DNA of 64,000 bases from Squalus acanthias. Lineage: Eukaryota. A model generated the notes under the pieces. That model made no database searches. It had not been told where the DNA came from and saw only the letters and a list, made by a program, of their open reading frames with translations. The translations under genes and the position numbers were made by a program. Of the stretch, positions 24,991 to 37,364 are shown in pieces. How positions within the stretch are numbered: the stretch's first letter is position 1; the number at the start of each line of letters is the position of its first letter. Where the stretch lies: positions 108,688,001 to 108,752,000 of the forward strand of contig CM059432.1 of assembly GCA_030390025.1 (NCBI GenBank). The letters run 5' to 3'.

Positions 24991-27673
24991 CACTGTCCAC
25001 TGCTCTCCCTGTCTCCACTATCTGCTGATGCTCACTTGTGAGCTGTGATACACCAGGTGACAACACTACTCTATCTCGCGATGTTCCCTCCGAGGTGTGA
25101 GTGTTTGCGCTGGTGCTGGGTGTGCTGAATTCTGCTGACGCGGCGCCCTCAGAGGTTGCAGCTTCCTCTGAGGAGTGGTGAGGCTCATGCTCTTCCTCCT
25201 GGACGCTGGGGACGGCTGCTCGTGATGGTCCTGGGGGGGAGTAAAGGAAAGAGTCAGAGATGTGAGTCCAAGGTTACATGCATATTGCAGATGATCATAA
25301 GGCAGTCTGCTGGAGCATCAGAATCATTATCAGTGACTCATGCAATGTCAATGAGAGAGATGATAAACTATTCTGTTAGCAGCTTGCTCTGATGCACCCG
25401 TCTGTCCGTCCCCCACTTGCACATCCTCCTCCACTCCCATGATCTCCAGGACCGCCTCCACCCAGGTGGTGAGCTGGGCTACTGAGGGTGGCCCTCCTCC
25501 TGTCTCGCTCTTTCCCTCTTATTGTGAGCTCTCTTTTCCTGCAATGAGGGAGACAAGTGGAGTTTGAGTGAGAATGAAGCAGTGAGTGCAGAGAATCCAT
25601 ATCATTGATGGTTAGAAGGAGACAAATTCAGAGTGAGGTGGCAAGACCATGGGCCCTCCCTGTGTGTTGTAAGTTGTTTTCATAGCATCACAGCGATAGG
25701 GAGTGTGAGGGCTGCATAGTCGAATAGTTAGGTGAATGTGACCATACAGAGAGAGGGAATGGGTAAGGGTGCAGGGATGTCAGTGTCAAGTGGGATGTGG
25801 AGGAAGAGGTTGTCAAAGCTGAGTGCTGGTGAGGAGAGGCATTGGGGATCAGAATGAGGGTGATGGGAAAGTCATACTCACTTTTCCATTGCGCAGCATG
25901 TCATGAAACCTCTTCCTGCACTGAAGCCAGGTTCTGTAGGTTATGCACAATGAGTTGACCTCCTCTGCCACCTGGATCCACACAGCCTTGGTTTGATGGG
26001 AAGGCTTCTTCCTCCCTGAAGAAGGGAAGAGCACCTCCTTATTAGCTCTGGCTCCCTCAATTAAAGCTTGCAGGGCGACGTCATCAAATGGAGATGCAGA
26101 CCTAGGTCTCTGGCTGGCCATTCTTCCTGCAGGTGCCTCTAATATGCAAAGGCAGAAGCTTGGCAGTCTGCAGAGGAAGCAAGGCTTGTTGCAGACCTTA
26201 AATGCTGCAGCAATGATGACGTCATCGGAAGCGACTTTCAGACTGGAAAAACTCACTGGCCATGGGTTCCCACACGTTGGAACTCAATTGGCCAATTATG
26301 TTAAAATCGCATCAATCTCCCACATCGATTTAGAATCGGGTGGCTAACACGTAATGCGGATTACACGACCCGAGCCCACCTCTGAATCAAAATCCAGCCC
26401 ATAGAGTCATACAGCACAGAAGGAGGCCATTCAGCCCATTGAGTCCGCACCGGCTCACTGCAGAGCAATCCAGTCAGTCCCATTCCCCCACTCTATCCCC
26501 GTAGCCCTGCAAGTTTATTTCCCTCAAGTGCCTATCCAGTCTCCCCTTGAAAACATTGAGTGTCTCCGCTTCCACCACTTCCGTTGGCATTTAATTCCAT
26601 GTCCTCACCACTCGCTGCGTAAAAAAGTTTTTCCTCACAACCCCCCTGTATCTCTTGCCCAAAACCTTAAATCTGTGTCCCCTATTCCTTGAACCATCAA
26701 CTAGTGGGAACAGCTTTTCCCTGTCTAGCCTATCCAAACCCATCATAATCTTGTACACCTCTGTCAAATCACCCCTCAACCTCCTTTGCTCTAATGAAAA
26801 CAAATCCAGCTTCTCCAACCTGTCCTTGTAGCTAAGATCCCCCATCCCCAGAACCATTCTGGTAAATCTCCTCTACACCCTCTCAAGGGCCTTCACATCC
26901 TTCCTGAAGTGTGGTGACCAGAACTGGAGGTAATACTCCAGTTGTGGCCTAACCAGCGCTTATTAAAGGTTCAGCATAACTTCTCTACTTTTGTACTCAA
27001 CACCTCTATTTATGAAGCCCAAGATCCCATATGCTTTGCTAACCACTCTCTCAATATGTCCCGCCACCTTCAGGGACCTATGCACATTAACTCCCAGGTC
27101 CCTCTGTCCCTGCACACTCTTTAAAACTGTGCCATTAAGTGTATATTGCCTCTCCCTGTTCCTTCTGCCAAAATGCATCACCTCACACTTCTCTGTATTA
27201 AATTTGATCAGCCACTTGTCTGTCCATTCTGCTAGCCTTTCTATATTCTGTCGCAGTCGATTGGTATCCTCCTCACTGTTTGCCACACCCCCAAGTTTGG
27301 TGTCATGGCAAATTTAGAAATTCTACTCTGTATTCCAATATCCAGGTCATTTATATATATCAAAAAAAGCAGTGGCCCCAGCACTGACCCTTGGGGAACA
27401 CCATCCTCCAGTCTGATCCACCTGCAGGAAGCCTCTGACTGCAAATTCAGGCCCATTGTGTCTTTCATGTCCTAAGGATGTCCCAAAGTGTTTCACAACC
27501 AATGAAATACTGTAGTCACTGTTGTAACGTGGGGAAATGCAGCAGCCAATTTGCACTCAGCAAGATCTCACAAATAGCAAAGTGAATAAATGACCAAATA
27601 ATCTGTTTAATAATGTTGGTTAAGGGATAAGTATTGGCCAGCACACTAGAACTCCCCTGCTCTTCAATTTAGT

Positions 27674-27855
27674 CATGATGCGGAGATGCCGGTGTTGGAC
27701 TGGGGTGGACAAAATTGAGAGGTCGCACAACACCAGGTTATAGTCCAACAGTTTTATTTGAAATCACAAGCTTTCGGAGTTACTACTCCTTCGTCGGGCG
27801 AAGTAAAGAGATACAGAATCGCCAAAGCATATATAGATAGAGAACAATGCATGTG
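27674..27855 (-). mobile_element. Penelope-like element terminal fragment
   Basis: 182-bp insert flanked by an 11-bp duplication TTCAATTTAGT (27663-27673, 27856-27866); contains a hammerhead-like motif. Confidence 0.7.
27764..27801 (-). ncRNA. Minimal type I hammerhead ribozyme motif with a core substitution
   Basis: Minus strand TCGC-CCGACGA-AGGAG-TAGTAA-CTCC-GAA-AGCT-T-GTGA; CUGANGA reads CCGACGA. Confidence 0.6.
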
Positions 27856-28341
27856 TTCAATTTAGTGCCACGGGATCATTTATGTTCACCTGAGAGGGCA
27901 GAGGGGGCATCAGTTTAATGTCTCATCTGAAAGACTGGCACCTCTGACAGTGCAGCATTCGCTTATGTGTTCAAGTTTCTGGAGTGGAGCTTGAACTCGT
28001 GAATTACATGGTCAGAAAATTGTGCAGACCTCACAAAGCGCTAAAAAGTAAACTTTACCTCCACTGCTGCAGAGTACGCTGAAATGTTGCTCTCCTTTAT
28101 GACACGTTACACATGTAGAAACATCACATGGAACTTTTTTTTCAGTGAAATTCCACCCACCTAGTTAACAGGGAGAGGAAAAAAAGTAGAGCAAAGAGAA
28201 TTGTCCAATGCATTTGGATGCATATGGACTCACCTTGAAGAACATCTGCATGCAACCGGATTACCACATGATCTTAAGTGTTTGAAAAGACCTCAGTGCA
28301 CTTATTTCAGTGTCGAGAGAGTTTCTGTTACAGTGGAATCT

Positions 28342-28895
28342 CAACAACAACAACAGCAACTTGTACTTATATAGCGCCTTTAACAGGAGCGTTATAAAAC
28401 AAAATATTATACTGAGCCACATAAGGAGATATTAGGGCAGATGATCAAAAGCTTGGACAAAAAGGTAGGTTTTACGGAGCGTCTTAAAGGAGGAAATAGA
28501 GGTAGAGAGGTGGAGAGGTTTAGGCAGGGAATTTAAGACCTTAGGGCCTTGACAGCTGAAGGCACGGCCACCAATGGTGGAGCGATTAAAATCGGGGATG
28601 CTCAAGAGGCCAGAATTAGAGGAGCGCAGACATCTAGGAGGATTGTGGGGCTGAAGGAGATTACAGAGATGGGGAGGAGTAAGGCCATGGAGGGATTTGA
28701 AAACAAGGATGAGAATTTTAAAATCGAGGTGTTGCTTAAGCGGGAGCCATTGTAGGTCAGTGAGCACAAGGATGTTGGGTGAATGGGACTTGGTGCGAGT
28801 TAGGACATGGGTAGCAGAGTTTTGAATTACCTCAACTTTACAGAGGGTAGAACGTGGGAGGCCGGCCAGGAGTGCATTGGAATTGTCAAGTCTAG
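28342..28895 (-). mobile_element. L2 LINE 3' fragment
   Basis: SRLDNSNALLAGLP...LQWLP...FKILILVFKSLHGLTP...GGRAFS is typical of the L2 ORF2 C-terminus; tail AAGGCGCTATATAAG...(TTG)n. Confidence 0.9.
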
Positions 28896-29689
28896 ATCTC
28901 GGGTGGGGCTGTAACTTTCCAACTTTGCACTTCCGGCAGGGAACCTTGACCACTGGCAGCGTACCAGAAATCCAGACTATTTACAGTGAGGAAACGATGC
29001 ATGGCATGAGCCCAAATTTCCGATATGTGATTCTAGCATATCAGGCTTTCCCGTGGAAGCACAAAGTCAGAACATCACCCCTCTGTTCCAGAGAGATCCT
29101 AACATACTTCCATCGTAGCATTCAGTAGTTTCCAGGGTATTTGCCTCCACTAATCTATTGGGAAGTTTATTCCATGCATGGATCACATCTTCCGTGAAGA
29201 GTTTCCTCGTATCAGTCCTAAAATAATCCCTTTTGTAGTCAGTGGTTTTGTTTTGCACTAACACGCCAGTTATGAAGGTAGGTTGTCCAAATCCTCGCCT
29301 GCAGTGAGCACGTGTCGGAAAATCGTGAGCAATGCGGCCGCAATTTTCCGATGTGTGTTGATTCAAGGCAAGAACTAGAATAACCTACACTATGTATTCT
29401 ATATCGGAGTCATTCTAAACCTGACACCAGAGTGAAGCAGAGTGAGACTGCCTCACTCTCCCTCATTTCACAGTCAGTTTGGTCTTAACACCCAATTTGC
29501 ACAACATAGGCTTAGTGTCAATACAAAGCAAAAAACACTTTGCACCAACGCTAAACATGTAGGGGTTTGAATTTCCGCAGGGGTCCACCCAATTGTCATT
29601 CACACCATCATAGCATCAGACGATCAGGAGAACCCCCCATGGGAAATCAACCCTGCACTGTAAATATACCCTGAATGCTTTGCACGTAA

Positions 29690-29826
29690 AAAAAGGAGAA
29701 ACTGCAAAATGCTGGAAATCTGAATTCAAAACTGAAAATACTGGAATTACACTGCAAGTCTGTTAGCATCTGTAAAGAGATAAGATCGGTTAATGTTTTT
29801 AGGTAATGGACTTTTGTCAGAACTGC
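29690..29826 (-). mobile_element. Degenerate Penelope-like terminal remnant
   Basis: Similar to 41540-41670 (ATGCTGGAAATCTGAA...TCAGAACTG); hammerhead core decayed. Confidence 0.6.
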
Positions 29827-29835
29827 TGGTTTTAT

Positions 29836-30300
29836 TTAGAATCATAAAATCATGTAGCAGAGAAGGAGGCCATTTGGCCCATCGAGCCAGTGCCAGCTCT
29901 TTGGTAGAGCTATCTAATTACTCTCACTCCCATGCTCTTTCCTTATTGTCCTGCAAATTTCCCTTTTCAAAGTTACTATTGAATCTGCTTTCAGGCATTC
30001 CAGACCATAACAACTCGCTGTGTAAAAAAAACTCTCCTTATCTCCCTTCTGGTTCTTTTGCCGATTATCTTAATTCTGTTTTCTCTGGTTCCCAACCCTC
30101 CTGCCAGTGAAAACAGTTTCTCCTTATTTACTCTGTCAAAACGCTTCATAATTTTTGAGCACCTTTATTAAATGTTCCCTTAACCTTCTATGTTCTAAGG
30201 AAAACAATCCCAGCTTCTCTAATCTCTCCACATAACTGAAGTCCAACACCTCTGGTATCATTCTAGTAAATCTGCTCTGCACCCTCACCAAGGCCTTGAA
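29836..30300 (-). mobile_element. Old CR1 3' fragment
   Basis: TAGAATCAT tail and AGAAGGAGGCCATTTGGCCC 3' motif; colinear with 26401-26890. Confidence 0.8.
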
Positions 30301-30595
30301 TGCTTTGCAGTAGTTTTAAAAGCTGGAGCCCTGATGTCAGTATTCATCAAGAGAATGCTCCTCAAGGTGGGCTTCAAACTGAGCTAAACAGAAATGAGCA
30401 ACCATGCAATTCCCCACACTCGAAGAAAACAGCATTGCAAGTTTGAAGAGAGACAGGCCATTTCTGTTCCTGATAACTGCTGTATAGACAGGCCAGTGGA
30501 TACCTGAGAATGTGCTTATTTTGCAACAGTCTCCCATTGTCACCCGAAATTTCAGCCTTTGTACACTGACTCATTAAGGGAGAAAAAAAAATAAT

Positions 30596-31335
30596 GGCCC
30601 AGAAATTCCGTTTGCAGCCCTCCTGCAGGCGGAGGGCTGCGATTCGGAAAAATCTCCGCCTGGACCGGAGGGCTCCCGGGACGCGCACACTTCCGTTGCT
30701 GTGCCTCTTCAATCTGCCGGTGTGCAGGGCACGCGTATCCCAGGGGCGCAGCTAGTGCGCAGCGTCCCTGGGATCACGTGGACCATGGGGAGCCAATCAG
30801 AGCAGGGAATCTCCATTCATAGATTTGACAGGAAGACCTGTCAAATCTATGAATAGAGATCACCCCCAAAACATAAGTAAAACTTCAAATAAATTTTTTA
30901 AAAATCACATTTTTAAAATTACTATAAATTAACTATTTAAACAAAAATTTAAATTTTTGAAAAAAATATTTAAAGTTTTTAACGGGGCTAAAAATAAACT
31001 TACCTTTCTTTAAAGTATTTTAAAATGATAAATCAGTGGAAAAAATATATTTTCTTTTACTTTATTAAACTATTAGCCTGCTAAAAGCAGGCCTTGCACC
31101 TGCTTTTCAAGGCGCAGCTGTTCCCGACTTACCTGGACTCAAGCCAGTGTGGAAAAAAACAGAAGTTTCTAATGTACGCGCTGCCTATCCGGCGCAGGCG
31201 TTTGTCCAGTCAAGCCCTTTCTGCAGAGAACGGAAGTGCCGGTTTCCAGCGCATGCGCAGTGCATGCGTAAAACCGGCACTTCCGTTGGCCCTACGGGTG
31301 AGTACACCCACCCGTAGGGAACGGAATTTCTAGGT
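30596..31335 (-). mobile_element. Hairpin-rich MITE family A, full length
   Basis: TIRs GGCCCAGAAATTCCGTT / AACGGAATTTCTAGG; colinear with 47109-47867. Confidence 0.88.
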
Positions 31336-31730
31336 ATTTTATGTTGTGTCAGCAAATTTGTTGTTTTTCATTAGTTTGTTTCATTTAATCATACCAACTA
31401 TATTAAAACGCACGTAAATATTCCCAGAGCAATGAATGCCTCTGGCAGCTTCGAGTAAAGAAAAAAGTCATAAATTAATCAGATTTCTACATAAAATTTT
31501 TGCACATTTATCCCTTAATCATATCATGAAATGTTATTATGATTGACAGAATGCTGTTGAAACAAAGTTAATTCAATACTCTGTATTGGTCTATTTTATT
31601 CAGACTATAATGTTGGAAACTTATTTTTATAGTGTTCTGCTTTACATTGTTATTAATCTACTCTCTGGAGAGGTATTTTTAATGAAGTGGAAATCTCATC
31701 CTTCATCTTTTAGATGAACTATAAATCATT

Positions 31731-31915
31731 GTCAGTGGTAGCTCTCTCGCCCCCTTAAGTCAAAAGGTTGTGGATTCAAGTCCCACTCCAGAGACTTAAG
31801 CACAAAATCTATGCTGACACTTCAGTGCAGTACTGAGGGAGTGCTGCACTGTCGGATGTGCCATCTTTCGGATGAGATGTTGCACTGAGACCCCCCCACC
31901 GCGTCTGCCCTCTCA
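31731..31915 (+). mobile_element. 5' half of a tRNA-derived SINE
   Basis: A-box-like TCAGTGGTAG and B-box-like GGATTCAAGTCC; body matches 27870-28000 and 42590-42699 in reverse. Confidence 0.75.
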
Positions 31916-32538
31916 GCAGGAGGCCATATCCACAGAGGATCCTCAGGGAACAATTCTCCTACCTGACCTTCACTGAGGAGCAATGTATGACGTGCCTTCA
32001 CTTTACCAAGGAGGTTGTTATTGAAACATGTCAGCTACTGCAGCATCAACTTCAGCCTCAAACCACATGGACAGCACGGCCTGTGGCTGTCAAGTTCACC
32101 ATCATCCTCAAATTTTATGCCACGGTCTCCTTTCAGGCTGCAACAGGTGATAAAAGCAACATCTCGCAGTTCACCGATATATCAGGGAGGTCACCAGTAC
32201 ACCATGAGAAACACTTACATTTCCTTCCCTATTGACACAGAGATGCAGGAGGAGAGAGTACAATGTTTTGCCCACAAGGCAGGCTTCCCCATGGTGCAAG
32301 GTGCCATTGACTGCATGCACATTGCCTGTGTACTCCCCATCACAACCCTGGAATATTAATCAATCAAAAGGGATAACACTTCGTGAATGTCCTGCTTATT
32401 TGCGACCACAGACTACAGGTCTGTGCCTGCTATCCTGGCAGCAATCATGACTCTTTCATTCTGGGTCAGTCCTCTGTGACACCTTTATTCCATACAAGTT
32501 AAAGGCTGGCTATTGAACGACAAGGGTCATGCACTCCA

Positions 32539-33590
32539 AACATAAGAACATAAGAAATAGGAGCAGGAGTAGGCCATTCGGCCCTTTGAGCCTGCTCCGC
32601 CATTCAATGAGATCATGGCTGATCTTCTGCCTCAACTCCATTCACCGGCCCTATCGCCATATCCCTTGATGCCCTTACTAGTCAGAAATCTATCGACTTC
32701 TGTTTTGAATATACCCAATGATTGAGCCTCCACAGCCCTCTGGGGTAGAGAATTCCAAAGATTCACCACCCTCTGTGAAGAAATTTCTTCTCATCTCAGT
32801 CCTGAATGGCCTACCTTTTATCCTGAGGCTGTGGCCCCTGGTTCTAGACTCCTCAGCCAAGGGAAACATTCTCCTAGCATCCACCCTTTCAAGCCCTGTA
32901 ATCATTTTGTATGCTTCAATGAGATCCCCTCTCATTCTTATGAATTCAAGAAAATACAGGGCTAGTTTACTCAATCTCTTCTCATACAACAGTCCCGCCA
33001 TCCCAGGAATCAATCTCGTGAACCTTCGTTGCACTCCCTCTTTGGCAAATATATCCTTCCTTAGGTAAGGAGACCAAAATTGTACATAGTACTCCAGGTG
33101 TGGTCTCACCAAGGCCCTATATAATTGGAGTAAGACTTCTTTACTCCTGTATTCAAATCCTCTTGTAATGAAGGCCAGCATACCATTTGCCTTCCTAATG
33201 GCTTGCTGCACCTGCACATTCACTTTCAGTGACTCATGTATAAGGACAGCCAGGCCCCTTTGAGCATCTGCATTCCCCAATCTTTCACCATTTAGGAAAT
33301 ACTCTGCCTTTCTGTTTTTTCTAGCAAAGTGGATAAATTCACATTTATCCACATTATATTCCATCTGCCATGTTCTCACCCACTCACTGAGCCTGTCGAG
33401 ATCCCCTTGAAGCCTCTTCACATCCTCTTCACAACTGACACTGCCGACTAGCTTTGTATCATCAGCAAATTTGGAAATGTTACATTTAGTCCCCTCATCC
33501 AAATCATTGATATAGATTGTGAATAGCTGGGGCCCAAGCACCGATCCTTGCAGGTACCCCACTAGTCACAGCCAGCCATCCTGAAAATTC
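32539..33590 (-). mobile_element. 5'-truncated CR1 LINE
   Basis: RT ORF 32690-33562 (QGSVLGP, KFADD); (AACATAAG)n tail. Confidence 0.93.
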
Positions 33591-33789
33591 TTAACATGGC
33601 TCATGACTCCAGTTAGGAACCCATGCACAGCTGCACAGCAGGACTTCAATGAGAGCCATGATGCCACAAGGAACATCATTGAGCAGACAATCAACATCCT
33701 CAAACAATGCTTCCGCTACCAGGACCATTCACGAAGAGCCCTGCAGTACACCACTGAGCGGATATCCAGATTTGTGGTTGTCTGCTGCA

Positions 33790-34850
33790 TTCGTTCGTGG
33801 GATGTGGGCATCGCTGGCAAGGCCAGCATTTATTACTCATCCATAATTGCCCTTGAGAAGGTGATGGTGAGCCGGCTTTCTTGAACTGCTGCAGTCCATG
33901 TGGTGAAAGTACTCCCACAGTGCTGTTAGGTAGGGAGTTCCAGGATTTTGACCCAGCGACTATGCAGGAACAGCGATATATTTTCAAGTCAGGATGGTGT
34001 GTGACTTGGAGGGGAACTTGGAGGTAGTGGTGTTCCCATGCGCCTGCTGCCCTTGTCCTTCTAGGTGGTAGAGGTCGCGGGTTTGGGAGGTGCTGTCAGA
34101 GAAGCCTTGGAGAGTTGCTGCAGTACATCTTGTAGATGGTGCACACTGCAGCCACGGTGCGCCGGTGGTGGAGGGAGTGAATGTTTAAGGTGGTGAATGA
34201 AGTGTCAATCAAGCGGGCTGCTTTGTCCTGGAAGGTGTCGAGCTACTTGAGTGTAGTTGGAGCTGCACTCATCCAAGCAAATGGAGAGTATTCCATCACA
34301 CTCCTGACTTGTGCCTTTTAGATGGTGGAAAGGCTTTGGGGAGTCAGGAGGTGAAACACTAATCATAGAATACCCAGCCTCTGCCCTGCTCTTGTTGCCA
34401 CAGTATTTATGTGTCTGGTCCAGTTAAGTTTCTGGTCAATGGTGACCCCCGGGATACTGATGGTGGTGAATTCGGCAATAGTAATGCCATTGAATGTCAA
34501 GGGGCAGTGGTTAGACTCTCTCTTGCTGGAGATGGTGTGGCACTTGTGTGGCGCGAATGTTGCCTACCACTTATCAGCCCAAGCCTGAACGTCATCCAGG
34601 TCTTGTTGCATGTGGGCACAGACTGCTTCATTACCTGAGGAGTTGAAAATGGAACTGAACACTGTGCAATCATCAGCGAACATCGCCACTTCTGTCCTTA
34701 TGATGGAGGGAAGGTCATTGATGAAGCAGCTGAAGATGGTTGTGCCTAGGACACTGCCCTGAGGAACTCCTGCAGTGATGACCTGGGGCTGAGATGAATG
34801 GCCTCCAACAATCACAACCATTTTCCTTTGCGTTAGGTATGACTCCAGCC
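33790..34850 (-). mobile_element. LINE 3' fragment, second CR1-group lineage
   Basis: [26 protein letters not shown]; shared 3' end GGATGTGGGC...GGCAAGGCCAGCATTTATT. Confidence 0.88.
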
Positions 34851-37364
34851 AGCATGCTCCACAACTTCGCCATCACAAAGGACCAGTCCTATCACCACCT
34901 GCTCACCAACAAATTGAGGAAGAGGAGCAAGAAGAGGAGGAGGAGGAGGAGGAGAGGCAGCAACCAATAGAGACCCTTTCTGCCCGAGCTCTAAGAAATT
35001 AGCTGATTGAGGAATGGTCCTTACCTGTCTTCTTACAATCACCATCACATCGTTCTCTTTCACTCAACACATACTGTTTTTTACCCTCACTTGATTGAAA
35101 CATAAAAACTAATACCAATCCAAAACCAAATGTATCAAATCAATAATCTCACACTTTATACTAAATTCACTCTTGTGCATTCCCTTAGTACCTGTCTTTC
35201 GTGTTCCTTTGCTTTTCCTGGTGCTCCTACGAGGTGCTTGACATACTGCAGTCAGGGCCGGCCGGCTGACAGGCACCATCTAGGGCACTGTGGGAGTAGG
35301 TATACTCTCCTATGAAGGGAGGACAGCAGGTCCCACTTCTATGGGGCCAACGCAACTCTCCGTCCCAGGAGAGTTGCGTTGCTGGTAATCTCAGCACTCC
35401 TAGTGCTCTGTTGGAAAATAGAGTGCTGGAGTGCTGTGAGTTCAACAGTGGCATTTTGTGCTGCAATGGAAGCTGTCAGATTTGTCATGAGACGCTCCAT
35501 CATGGTGGGTTCCACAGCAGCGCTGATGGAACTGCCGATCAATTCCATATTGGAAAGGATGGGCTCCATGCTCTGCGCAAAGCCCTGTGCCAAGTTGGAG
35601 GTGGATTCCTCCATGCGCGGCGATATTGTGCGGAAACTGTCCGGCAGGCTTCCCAGTGCACCAAGCATTTCCTGGTATATGCCCATTAGATTTCTTCTGT
35701 AGCCTGGCCCATAGAAGTCCTCTGCAGCAGAACTAATGTGCGACCTCGCCCTCCAGCAAGCTAGCACCTGTAGCATCCTGTCCTCCTGCCCTGGCTCCTT
35801 TGCACTTGTGCCCGGTGAGTCACCATGTGCAAATCTCTCATCTAACCTAGCCTCTAAGGTCCGCATGGTGTCAGTATCTGAGCCGGTGGCTGCGGGAGGG
35901 AGATCAAGTGACGGTGTATTTTCATGATCACTCTCGTGCTCTTCTTCCACTGGCTGAGGGACTTCCAAATTCTGGCAAGCTGAAATGAAAAAGGGACAAG
36001 TGTTAGGTTGTGGTGTGGGGAGCGCAGAGAGGAAGAAGTGTGCTGAGAGCATCTACAGCTTGTCATGCAGAATGTGTGGGGTGAGGGAGAAGTGAGAAGA
36101 GAGAAGGAGGATTTGGTATGTAGAAACCCTCCTCGGTGAGTCCTCCAGCATCAGCAGTGGCCATGTCCTCCGCTCTACCCCTTCCCATTATTGCCAACAC
36201 CGTCTCCTCAATGGGGGAAAGGGTATGTAGATGCTCTGGTCCTCCACCAGTTGCAGCCTGCTGCCTCCTATTATGCACCACCTTCTCCTGCAAGAAAGAC
36301 GGAAGTGTGTTCGTGAGAGTCTTGCGAGATATTTGGGTAATGTGGCTTTCGTGGTTGAATAGCTATGAGTGTTTGTGTGAGTTGTGCAAGTGAAGTTTGA
36401 TGTGAGTGTGAGGTGAAGAATATTAATGATAATGCACTGTACTGAATGTATCACATTGCAAGTTGATGGGGGAGGGGAGTGCTGTGAATTCAGCAGTTAA
36501 TGAGGCTATGGGTGGTGTAGCTGTTATGAGATGCTGTTTGAAGATTGTTCTTACCTTGATGACTATTGTCAGATCATTAAACTTCTTCCTACACAACATC
36601 CATGTCCGAGAAACCATGTTCCTCGTATTAACCTTGTCTGCAACCTCCTCCCACTGCCTGCGTCAGATGCCTGGAATGCTTCCTGCCCCCAGGGAAAACA
36701 GAAAGTCCCTACTCCTCTCTACCTCCCACACCAAGGCCTCCAGTGCAGCATCTGAGAACCTTGGTGCCCGCTGTCTTCCTGCTTCAGAGATTTTAGCTCA
36801 CAAACAATTTCCAATGGTTGTTTTAGCCACAATGCACCTCCCCTTTCAGAGGTGCTGGCTGTCTTTAAGTAGATTTGCGGACTCCAATATGGGTCCCCTC
36901 CTCATGCATGCAGCCAATGGACAGCAATCATTTTAATGAGCAGGCAGCATGGAATTTACATGTTTTCCCACACTAATCAACTTCACCCTGTGTATTTCTT
37001 CATTTAATATTAATTTCATTTTTTCAAAAAAGTTGAATTTTGAAGTCAACTAATTATCGCAACTGTGTTTTGTTGTATGTTCGGAAAGGCAAACACTAAC
37101 TGCTTACACCTGTGAGACAGAAATTGTAATTTCTAACATCTATGGGAAAAACAAAGAAAAAACATGGATAGATAGAGAGAGATAGAGAGACAGACCTTTT
37201 CTTTCTATTTTGTTGTCAATCCCTTGTCCACCCATGAGTAGCACAGCCTTGACATGTGTTCAACTGTTTCACTGTGGAGAAAATAGTGTGAGAAAGAAAG
37301 TGCAAGAGTATGGTGAAAGAATGTGTGAAGAGCAAGGGGATAGAGATACTGCAGTCTGGATAGA

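Larger units (their letters stand above)
23240..26121 (-). pseudogene. Harbinger Myb/SANT-like gene, exon 1 open (26121-25882), exon 3 disrupted by a CR1
   Basis: MASQRPRSASPFDDVALQALIEG...RTWLQCRKRFHDMLRNGK followed by GTGAGT; C-terminus MATSVER...RKRKIMHK*. Confidence 0.85.
22230..26400 (+). mobile_element. PIF/Harbinger transposon, copy 2 (H1), internally deleted
   Basis: TIRs GGGCAGAATTTT / AAAATCCAGCCC with ATA on both sides; colinear with copy 1. Confidence 0.92.
22210..27410 (-). mobile_element. 5'-truncated CR1 LINE (tail 22210-22229, body 26401-27410)
   Basis: RT fragments [20 protein letters not shown] and KLDLFSLEQRRLRGDL; (ATAGAGTC)n tail split by Harbinger copy 2. Confidence 0.9.
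20732..27454 (+). mobile_element. Hairpin-rich Harbinger-like MITE (family A), split by nested insertions
   Basis: Left end GGGCCGTATTTTGC, right end GCAAATTCAGGCCC; body homologous in reverse to the copies at 30596, 38429 and 47109. Confidence 0.75.
20696..28002 (-). mobile_element. Deu-domain tRNA-derived SINE (SacSINE1/AmnSINE1-like), split into 20696-20731, 27455-27673 and 27856-28002 by nested insertions
   Basis: Tail AACTTGCATTTATAT at 20716 resumes at 27455; core GCAGCCAATTTGCACTCAGCAAGATCTCACAAA; B-box-like head near 27975-28000. Confidence 0.75.
31915..36960 (+). mobile_element. PIF/Harbinger transposon, copy 3 (divergent subfamily H2), decayed and interrupted by two LINEs
   Basis: Transposase pieces at about 31915-32540 (PVAVKFT, MVQGAIDCMHI), 33592-33790 (TRNIIEQTI) and 34850-35010; Myb gene on minus from about 36780 to 35200 (RTWMLCRKKFNDL). 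Confidence 0.85.

Noticed and set aside
29562..29653. Tiny MITE-like element with GGGGTTTGAATTTCC / GGAAATCAACCC ends
   Set aside because: Short imperfect inverted ends, no clear TSD and no second copy in the window.
31731..31800. tRNA gene (also 42630-42699)
   Set aside because: A/B-box-like motifs run straight into SINE body sequence and I could not form a convincing cloverleaf; these are SINE heads.
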